Assembly (NCBI GenBank): GCA_903813345.2
Contig: CAIIXF020000001.1
Location: forward strand, 19,158,001-19,222,000
DNA: 64,000 nt
Direction of reading: 5' to 3'
Origin: Owenia fusiformis
Lineage: Eukaryota
Shown here: positions 54,992 to 64,000 of the stretch, piece by piece
Position numbering within the stretch: the first letter of the stretch is position 1
Layout: each line of letters begins with the position of its first letter
Notes under the pieces: model-generated
The model's database searches: none
Seen by the model: the letters and a program-made list of their open reading frames with translations, nothing else
What the model was told of the DNA's origin: nothing
Program-made: the position numbers and the translations under genes

Positions 54992-57890
54992 TTTTTTTTT
55001 TTTTTTTTTTTTGTAAAATCTATTTATTTCTTAACATATGTACAACATGTATGCATAATATTACATAATTACAGTTACAATACAGAGTTAAAAACTATTT
55101 ACATTTAATTAAAAATTTTCAATAAATGTACCACTCTCTTAAGAATTAGGTTTTCATAATATATCTCTTTTCCTGTTGGTTTTACACCTAGACGTTCCAA
55201 AATGTTACATTCATTTCCAATCCAAATAGGTTCAATTTTTTTACAACTTACAAAAAAATGGGCCATATTGTCATTTTCATCACAGAATTTACATTTGTCA
55301 CTATCCATTATGTTATATCTTTTAAGTATGCCCCCATGAGGGTAGATTTTATGGAGTATCTTCCATTGTAATTCTAAGAGAACTGTTTCTCTAGTACATT
55401 TATAAAGTGTTTCCCATACATCTTTGAGGATATGCTCACCATCATAATATAATTCAACCTTTCTGTCTTGTACCAATTTTTTCCTAATGAATTTAGCAGT
55501 TATTTTATTAACTTCAATATTTCTGAAGTAAAGTTTGTCATTTACATGATCATCTTCACAATTATACCATCTAAAGATGTGTTCTGGTTTTAAAGCATTT
55601 CTTAATGCCTGATACTGTAAAAATACTTGGCCATTTCTACCTACTATGTTGGCAATATCATCATATGGTACCAATGCTTTGTTTCTAATGACATCCTTAA
55701 TGTATATCAGTTTTTTCTCAATCCAATTAGAAAAATACAGAGTTTTATTAGCTCTTACAATATTGTCATTATTCCATAATATATACTCATCTTTATAATT
55801 ACAATATTTTATCCACAATTTTAATATATCAGCATAAAATTCAGAGCAGTTCTCTAGACCACTTATTTTTTCAGCTGAAGTGTTACTTCTAAAAACAGAG
55901 AGGTTTACTCCCAGCTTATCATACATACTAAAGGGAATAGATTTCCAATGCCCTTTGGAGCTATCCTTAAGTTTTTTGACCCACTGTAATGCATATGCAA
56001 TTTGCATGTCTTTAACATTGATCATTTGTAGACCACCTTCAGAATAGTCTTGTACAATAACATCTCTTTTAACTTTCTCAGGCACAGTCTTTAAGTCACA
56101 TTCCTTAAATTTTCCCTTGGCCCAAATAAATTTGAAAACCATTGTATTTATTCTGTTTAAAATATTCTCTGGTAAAATAAAGCCTTGCATTATATAGGAA
56201 AATTGTGATATAATCAATGACTTTGCAAGAACAATTCTTCCAAAAATAGTAAGTGTTCGGTTTGCCCAAGACTTCATAATACTTTGACATTTTAAAAACT
56301 TAGATTCAATATTTACACTGTTGTTTACCACTTTTACATCCGGACTGAATGTGATTCCTAATACTTTAATAGAGTTTTCAGGTTTGATTTTCCACTTGAC
56401 TTTACCAAGAGTATCTTTCCTATTTTTCCAGGAACCAAGCCACATGGCTTCAGTTTTATTTACATTCATATTTAAGCTAGATATATTGGAAAATCTTTTA
56501 AAGACATCAATGGTATTATAAAATGATTGTGAGTCTTTTACAAACATTGTAGTATCGTCTGCAAATTGTACAATTTTTAAAATTTCTTCATTTGGTAGGG
56601 TTATACCTCTGATATCATTTTGCTGCCTTATTTTGCAGGATAACAGTTCACAAGCAATAATAAATGTAAGTGGAGATAATGGGCATCCCTGACGAATGCC
56701 CCTTTCTAAATTAATATTGCCAATTATCCAACCATTATGATAAATGTGATTGTGACCATTTCTATTGAGTACATCTACCCATTTTATAAATGATGGCCCG
56801 AAACCAAATTTTTCAAGTGAGTATAACATAAATTTCTTAGATATCGAATCAAATGCTTTAGAGTAGTCAATTGCCATCATTATACCTTGAAGTTTATTAG
56901 TATCTAAATAAATTATAACATCATCAATTGTTCTTAAGATATTTGATGCACTTCGCTTTTTTATAAAACCAGATTGGTCATCATGAATAATTGAGGTAAT
57001 AATCTGTTTTATTCTATTAGCCAATACCTTTGCAACGATTTTATAATCCACATTTGTGAGAGTTAAGGGTCTCCAGTTTTTCAGCTCATCCTTTGGCAGA
57101 TCCTTCTTTGGTATAAGTACCATTAATCCCCTTTTTTGAGAGCATGACAACTCTCCTTTAATAAAACCCTCATTAAATGAGTTCACAATCAAGTGACCTA
57201 ATTTTGTAAAAAATACTTTATAAAAAGCAACAGTTATGCCATCTAATCCTGGACTTGAGTCATTTCTCATGTTCCTTAGAGCTAAAATACATTCATTATA
57301 GGTTATTTCACCTTCACATGATAAACGTTCATCTTGGTTTAATGAAGGAATATGTACATTATTAAAAAAATCATCAGCAATTGCTGGTCGGAATAGAATC
57401 TTTTTAGAATATAACTCACCATAAAATCTATTTAATTCATTTATAATTTTAGTCTGGTCTCTTGTTACCTCACCATTATCAAGTTTTAAATGTGTAATAA
57501 GTTTCTGTTTCGCTTTAACATTTTCTAGTTGCAAAAAATACTTAGTGCTTTTTTCTCCCTCTTCATACCATTGAACTTTTGATCTTATCATAGCACCTCT
57601 TGCCTCATTACTTACAATGTCATCATATATTTTTTTGCACTCATTAACCTTCATGTTTAACTCATTACTGTCTGGCTTTTTACATAATTGTTTACAAGCT
57701 TTTTCTAAATTGGTTTTGGCTATTTTTATTTCCTGTCTTTTTTCTTTTGCAATTCTTTTACCAAAATTCAAAGAAAAATCTCTAATCTCTGTTTTACAGT
57801 AATCCCATAACATTTGCTCATCTAAATTCCTATTTTTTAATTTTACATTTTCGACAATAGTATTTACTTGATTAACATATTCAGTATTTT
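54992..57890 (-). mobile_element. 5'-truncated non-LTR retrotransposon (L1/Tx1 clade), recent insertion
   Basis: A21 tail (T-run 54992-55012), AATAAA at 55023-55028, TSD AATTGTGGCCAAGA at 54978-54991 and 57891-57904, uninterrupted ORF2. Confidence 0.95.
55105..57888 (-). CDS. LINE ORF2 fragment: reverse transcriptase plus C-terminal CCHC zinc finger; APE endonuclease lost by 5' truncation
   Basis: The frame stays open from the truncation point (NTEYVNQV..) through the annotated 902-aa ORF. Motifs: RSKVQWYEEGEKSTKYF, SSPGLDG, WRPLTLTNVDYKIVAK, DQSGFIKKR, IDYSKAFD, GIRQGCPLSPL, QFADD, CKFC..HFFVSC. Confidence 0.93.
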   Translation of the reverse strand, partial: NTEYVNQVNTIVENVKLKNRNLDEQMLWDYCKTEIRDFSLNFGKRIAKEKRQEIKIAKTNLEKACKQLCKKPDSNELNMKVNECKKIYDDIVSNEARGAMIRSKVQWYEEGEKSTKYFLQLENVKAKQKLITHLKLDNGEVTRDQTKIINELNRFYGELYSKKILFRPAIADDFFNNVHIPSLNQDERLSCEGEITYNECILALRNMRNDSSPGLDGITVAFYKVFFTKLGHLIVNSFNEGFIKGELSCSQKRGLMVLIPKKDLPKDELKNWRPLTLTNVDYKIVAKVLANRIKQIITSIIHDDQSGFIKKRSASNILRTIDDVIIYLDTNKLQGIMMAIDYSKAFDSISKKFMLYSLEKFGFGPSFIKWVDVLNRNGHNHIYHNGWIIGNINLERGIRQGCPLSPLTFIIACELLSCKIRQQNDIRGITLPNEEILKIVQFADDTTMFVKDSQSFYNTIDVFKRFSNISSLNMNVNKTEAMWLGSWKNRKDTLGKVKWKIKPENSIKVLGITFSPDVKVVNNSVNIESKFLKCQSIMKSWANRTLTIFGRIVLAKSLIISQFSYIMQGFILPENILNRINTMVFKFIWAKGKFKECDLKTVPEKVKRDVIVQDYSEGGLQMINVKDMQIAYALQWVKKLKDSSKGHWKSIPFSMYDKLGVNLSVFRSNTSAEKISGLENCSEFYADILKLWIKYCNYKDEYILWNNDNIVRANKTLYFSNWIEKKLIYIKDVIRNKALVPYDDIANIVGRNGQVFLQYQALRNALKPEHIFRWYNCEDDHVNDKLYFRNIEVNKITAKFIRKKLVQDRKVELYYDGEHILKDVWETLYKCTRETVLLELQWKILHKIYPHGGILKRYNIMDSDKCKFCDENDNMAHFFVSCKKIEPIWIGNECNILERLGVKPTGKEIYYENLILKRVVHLLKIFN

Positions 57891-60800
57891 AATTGTGGCC
57901 AAGATGTTCAGATTTGGACCAAGGTGTCCAAAATTTGAACAAAGGTGTTCAACATTTGCAAGTCACTCATGTTAGGTGTCCCCAAGTTGACAGGCCTGCT
58001 ATAGGTCAATGTCAAGCTTCAATGTTGGGTAAATGTGATTACAAAAAATTCTTGGAAATTGATTTGAGGTGCAGAAAGCATTTTTTGTAAACACAGCCTG
58101 CCATCTTTGTTTCTTCACTGTTGAGATAATTTACTACGATGACACCATTTCGCAAGTAAGTCTAGCCACTACAGTGGTATCTAATATAAAAAATCATTGA
58201 ATCAAAAATAAAATTCAAAATATTCTGAAAATCTTTGAGGGGTACTACTATTTCTTTTCAAAATCTGTGTTGTTTTCACATACTTCTGATTCAGTTCCTC
58301 TCTTTCCCCTTGCAGATCTCAACATTTGCACCCATTTACCTATAACTTAAGTGTTAAGTTAAGGAGGCTCAGAGAAAAGAAGAATGAGCCCCATTCTGCT
58401 GTTTTCATTGATGTCTCCGAGAACATGTGTTTGTTTTGCTAACCTGCCAATGTCACCCCAACTTATGTAAACAACAGCACTATAGACCAAAGACCTGGCA
58501 TACAACCACAGGTAGTATTTCAACGAATAGGGTCCTACCCTTTTTTAAACTGATAGTTTAACAGAAATTCTGGTATTTGCTCTTAAGCAAGATTACTGAA
58601 AATAAAATTGATACTTTTTGAGGAAGGAATCTGGGAATATGTTTTATTGTTATATCTATCTATGGAATTATTACACAAAATATACACATAGTAACATGAA
58701 TTGTTTTTATTTTTTGTGAGGGTTGCAATATTCTTGCAGTCAAAGCAGCTGCTATAGTTGTGAAAGTGATCCCTTGTAGTTGTTTTTTATTTGCATGTGT
58801 AGTAAATCTTTGAAAAAAAGAGACAGACACCTGTTTTGAAATTTATTTGAATTCTCCGGATTGGATTATAACATGGTGCATGATGCTGTGAAATAACTGA
58901 TGTAAAAAGTACAGAAAAATTCTTTAAAAAAATCCACTTTGTTGACCGGGGCACTACTTCGACTTGTATGGGAATTGATCCCATATTTTGTTCAGCAAGT
59001 TGAAAGGCACCAATTTTGAATGTTTCTACTGCATGACTTTTTTGACTTCCACACCAGATCAAAGTTATAAGAACTGTAAATTGACAAAAAAGATTTTTAA
59101 TGAGGTTCAAGGTTTACTTTCAAAATGCGGTATCAAAACAATAGTTTCTTCCCTGTCAATTAACTCATAAGTGTTTATCTTGAATATCTTTCAGTTTAGC
59201 ACCCATGAGCACTATTAAATGAATGTGTTTCACAGAAAGTATCCCAGTGTGTATCAAGACAGACATAATCCAGAACATATTTCAACAATCAAACAAAAAC
59301 ATCATTTTTTGAGTTCATTTCAATTTTATATTTTTGTATTTTTTTCTTACAAAATGTTTGTTGAAACCTATTTCACAGTTATAGACTGTGTACATATTAT
59401 ACATAGTAAGTAAGAAGAGGGCCTCCTAATAAAAACATCAAACTGAAGGAGGTTCTGAGAAATAGATAAAAAATAAAAAATATTAACATATTGGCAATCT
59501 TGAAATGGAGTCACATAAATTCACAATTACTTTCAAATCAGTAATGAGGCAGACAACTTATAATACCACTGCTGATAAAACCTAATAATTAATATCTTCA
59601 ACATTGCTTGAATAAAGCCTCACGTTAGGATTAAATGTGTGAAAATAATATTTCCAGATATGAAAATTTGAACATATCCTCCATTACATACTTTTTGTAA
59701 CATAAACAACGCACTTTGGAAATTAGGCTGATCTTGAAAGATGAATAGTTGAATAATTAAAATGCCAGTATAGTTGAACATAGTGACTTATCAGTGTCCC
59801 ATGAATGTGGCTTTAATGATACTTTATGGGATCTACTTGAATAAATCCTTCAGCTACTCAAGATAGTGCAATATTAAAGGCCCTCTTTTGACTCAATAAT
59901 TTTAGTTCAAACTAATACTCAAAAGACTTCAAAATGCACTCTCTTGGTTAAAAAATATACGAACTGCTTATTTTCTGAGATTTTTGAACTTCAGGCAAAT
60001 TGGTTCAATTTTTGGAAATATAGCGATGGTATTTTTCTCCTAAAGCTCACCCTGTACTGGCATATATTTCACCAAGCCTTAATGTATACTGTCACTGCCT
60101 CTCCCTTTAATCAATGATCTATTTCACAAAACAAGAAATTCTTCAATTTAATAAGAAAGTAGCATATTTGGGTTTCAAATAAACAGGATAAAATATATAG
60201 TAATGCATAACATTTTATCTAGTTTCAATGACAAATTGACATAGACACAGGATGAACTTTTTAGGTGTTAACTTTCTCATGAAATTCAAATGAATGAAAT
60301 TGATCTTTAACTTTGAAAAGAAAACCAATGTTATTTTGATGTCACTTTGCGATGTATTTTCCAATACTCAAAATGTGCTCAAAGTTCATGAATTACTAAA
60401 TCTGAAATATTCTAAAACACCACATATCAGAAATAAATATTTCAGCTATGCTATCAATCTAAAATAGCTCTTTTCTTCATTCTTGCATGAATATTTCATT
60501 CAAGTCTATATTCAAGTCTATGATTGAATAGGCTCCTTAACTCCAGTGGTTGTTCCTACGTTCATCCTCAAGTGGAATTACAAACACCCATCAGCTCCTT
60601 ACTCAATATTTCCGATAATTCACTGAGATCTCAGACCCCCAGGGTAGTCAATAAATCCCCTGAATATTGAATTTACAATTCCAATGACCTCTTGATCTCA
60701 TAGTCTCAGGGTATGGAACATACAATGTATATGGAATATACAATGCGGTACAATGAAGTCTATGTACAATATGATGTATGGGAGCATTGTTGGTCTAGAA

Positions 60801-60992
60801 GAGATCATATTAAAGTTTCGCAATAAAATCTACACAAAATCTAACCAGCATACCCACCCACCCTCATTAATGAATAAAGATTATAAATTAATTTGAGTAT
60901 GAAATGTACCATCTGGGTATTGAACAAAATGTGTAGAATTTAGTGCGAAACATATAAAACAACCCCCAAAATGTCCTAATTGGAGGAGAGGG

Positions 60993-61084
60993 TTATCTAT
61001 CTCTGCCTCCCCTGCCACCTCCTCTACCCCCTCCTCGACCTCCACCACCACCTCTTCCTCCGCCTCCTCTGCCTCCAAATGCAC
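60993..61084 (-). CDS. Terminal exon of an RGG-tailed RNA-binding protein, most similar to the Sm-like protein LSm4; upstream exons not found in the window
   Basis: Acceptor tttacag| then phase-1 reading (G)AFGGRGGGGRGGGGGRGGGRGGGRGGRDR-TAA. It resembles the GVFGGRGRGG tail of vertebrate LSM4. SmD1/SmD3, GAR1 and other RGG proteins cannot be excluded. Confidence 0.6.
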
Positions 61085-63726
61085 CTGTAAATACATAGAG
61101 AGATAATGTTGTCACATTGTATAATAAAATTTAATCTACCATTTAATATACACATGTACAATTACATTATTCATAATATAGATTATGTATTTTTAATTTC
61201 TATTATATGTTTATTATACACCAATTGAGAGAATGTGTGAAAGTGTTCAAAAAGTTTTTTAAATATCCTAAAAATTGTTTTGGGGTTACAGACACCACTT
61301 CAGGTAGATCACCCTACTAGGGTTAGATCATGATAAATGATACAATATCAGTCTTGAAGAACAGCAGGTACAACTCTGACAAACCAGAATATATTACTAC
61401 CTTCAAGTAAACTATGTAAAAGAAAAATGTCTTGTTAAAAACAGAATTTTATTTAGCTAACATTAAGTCAAAGTCTATTGGTAAATAAACAAATGTGATG
61501 AAATGTTGTTTGGTATGTTACATATTCAATTTATTATCACAAATTTCAAACATGTCAATCATTTCAACAGTTTGATTGAACGTTTACACAATCTGCCAAA
61601 CATCATGAAAATTCTAATGATTCTTAATAAAAATGTGATCAATAGTCCAGCTCATTTAAAACACATTCAACTTTTTAGTCCGGGATACTATCTCAATGTG
61701 AAAATATTTTACAATTATGAATTGCATTGACTTTTCAAGTTCTACAATATTATTAACATGTAAATACATATTGGCAAGAGATTATAGCTTTAGATGTAAC
61801 CGGTCACATAACATGTAAGTGAATTATGGTGATTTATGTGCAGTTAAGATTTGTACTGAATGAACTGTTTAACTTTGGTGACTCCATTATAGAATTAGTA
61901 CAGACATCAAAGGGCCGAGATTTAAAAGATCTAATATGATACATATATACCTAATCAACTAAACCAGACTGTGTAAACCAATATAACAACAATTATTTTT
62001 ACAGTACAGAGTGACCCATACAATTTGCACAATCCTGCAATCTGATTGGTTCTCAAGGAATGTATTATAAGCAAATACCTGATTCTATAACTGAGTATCA
62101 AGAAGTTTACAAAAATGATACCCTTCACCTGCTCGACTAATCTATATATATTATTTTATGTATTTTTTCTTGGATATATATTATAGCTGCCATATTACGT
62201 TCATCCTTATTCCTGATATAACTGAAAAATACATAATAATATTATATAATCAATATTCATAGAGAAACTTATTAAACAGATAACAATCCACCTACACCTA
62301 AAACTGTCGTACAAAATCAACAAATATGAAAAATGGTTGATGTTAAAAAATATTCCCCTTTTCTTGGGTACTTTATCTATGATGTCTATCTAGACAAAGC
62401 ACCTGTCAGTTTGTGCATGATGCATTGGGATCTTTCATGGTTCATATAAACTTTGCTCCACAACCTTCTACCCCTGACAGTTTGCCTTTAATCTTCACTG
62501 ACAAGAGCTCTCATTCTTTCCATCATTCTTTTCAATCACCAAGATTTTTTAGATTTTTGTTATTTATTTGGAAACTACAGTTACAGTCTGATGCACAGCA
62601 TGAAAAATGCATTTACTTGAATTGAACTCCCCCTTCAATTATAAAGGCCAATAACTTAATTGATCATGTTTTTCTCCCTGCCATGCACCATAATGCCTTA
62701 TCGAACAATTAACATTTTAGTTTTCTGTATACATGTATAACTAAATGTTGTTTAGTTTTTAATGTATGCTATTTAATTTTACTTTAACTCCAACCACAAT
62801 CTGCATTAATTTCTCCATATTGCTATTTATTCATTAGGTTTACAGGTACAGTATAGAAGTAATAATTGTCAAAGATGTAATGTAAACTTAATTCAAACAG
62901 AAATAGACATCTATTTCTAATGAGTTTTTTACCATTTATCAAGTATACAGAAATACACAGACAAACACATAAAAGCTGGAAAAGTTGTGAGAGATCAAAG
63001 CTGATTAATTTGTTATCATTATATATTTACTCAATATTAAGATTCATTACTCTAACAAGTGAGCTTAGATATAATCCTATTTATCTATAGAATTAATGAA
63101 TCATTATTAATAATTACTTGGAGATTTAGAATAACAATTATGTTACTTCTGCATTCTGACTTTGATCTGATATCTGTCTAGTGCATATCTCTTGATTCTT
63201 GATCAATATTTGAAGGATTTGTGTGATCATATCGGGATCATATCCCTAAATATGAGACCATATAATTCTTAGAAGCCCTTCTCAGTTAAGAATTGCGGCT
63301 TCATATGTAATATGTTTTGTATATCTATATTGCATGTACAGAAGAGAGGACATTTTCCCTGCATTAAACCCTCTTCCTGCAGTCAATGGGACAAAATGAT
63401 GCTAGTTTGATTCTCTTCAATATGTGTATTGTATTTTCTGCAGTAAAAATTTTGAGTATTCACAAGATTTTCAGCAAAACTAAGCCTGTAAATTTTCAAG
63501 TATTATTAATTTTCTTGACTGCTGAAAATCTGATCAAAGGGGCTTTTTGAGGCTAGAAGACTTTCACATGGTGATCTAGTAGCTGTTTATGATGGCTACA
63601 CTCAGTTCTGGATTGTCTCAAATTATCTATTGGCTTTGATTTTAGATGTATTTCCCTGATCTGATGTTTCAACACCATTGCTTGTATGTACAGATATTGC
63701 ATTTTAGAGAACCAGTTCCAGTTTTG

Positions 63727-63945
63727 AACTAGAAAAACAGCTAATATAATATAACGATAAAGTGGCCATCTTGAAAATTCTTGAGCAGAGGTCCTATGTT
63801 CTATTGCCCCCAATAGGGCATCTCCCTATAAAATTTGAACCACATCTGTCAACCAGTTTTTGAGTTATTGCCCGGATAAACAATGGATGGAAGGGAGAAT
63901 CCTCATCTCTTTATCCCTATTTGAACTTTGTTCAATGAGATAATT
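63727..63945 (+). mobile_element. Short degenerate relative of the HINE-like element
   Basis: Shares with 22516-24086 the AACTAGA start, GGCCATCTTGAAAA, GTCAACC..TTTGAGTTAT..CCGGA and the 3' ATCCCTA..GAAC-TTT-GTTC..GATAATT hairpin end. Confidence 0.55.
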
Positions 63946-64000
63946 ATGTTCTACTCTGGGCATTTCTATTCAACTTAGGGAGTAACACTTCAAGAGAAGT

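Larger units (their letters stand above)
54590..57998. mobile_element. Non-autonomous TIR DNA transposon (~0.5 kb when the LINE is removed), host of the LINE insertion
   Basis: Perfect 14-bp TIRs CAGGCCTGTCAACT (54590-54603) / AGTTGACAGGCCTG (57985-57998), flanked on both sides by CTATAG (54584-54589, 57999-58004). Left subterminal GTCACGC repeats; right ~20-bp CAAGGTGTCCAAAATTTG repeats split by the LINE. Confidence 0.85.

Noticed and set aside
58940-59035. tRNA or tRNA-derived SINE head (GGGATCAATTCCC hairpin)
   Set aside because: No cloverleaf, no convincing A box and no second copy in the window.
60881-61096. Acidic 71-aa ORF from the ORF track
   Set aside because: Shifted-frame shadow of the RGG exon; the splice phase and nearby stop favour the Gly/Arg frame.

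Overview
AT-rich, intron-rich genomic DNA from an invertebrate animal (probably a lophotrochozoan; this is inferred from repeat types and gene content). Five protein-coding genes can be read by hand from canonical GT-AG exons. (1) The 3' 14 exons of a mind bomb 2 E3 ligase (MIB2, +, 3676-16085). (2) A complete 4-exon secreted lipocalin (-, 9917-11646) nested antisense in a MIB2 intron. (3) A 3-exon MFS transporter of the nodulin-like/MCH1 type (-, 20753-24680). (4) A 7-exon TIKI/TRABD2 Wnt-inactivating metalloprotease (-, 28618-53434). (5) An RGG-rich terminal exon, most like LSM4 (-, 60993-61084). Mobile DNA includes a young 5'-truncated L1/Tx1-type LINE with a poly(A) tail and 14-bp TSD, inserted inside a ~0.5-kb TIR element. 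There is also a 305-bp MITE with 20-bp TIRs and a 9-bp TSD just upstream of TIKI, a Helentron-associated (HINE-like) element, and a TA-flanked CAGT-ended MITE family. The most unusual pattern is that many tandem arrays abut or contain splice sites, including six decoy copies of one MIB2 acceptor. No rRNA, tRNA or CRISPR is supported, and no wholly new multi-gene system can be demonstrated from sequence alone.
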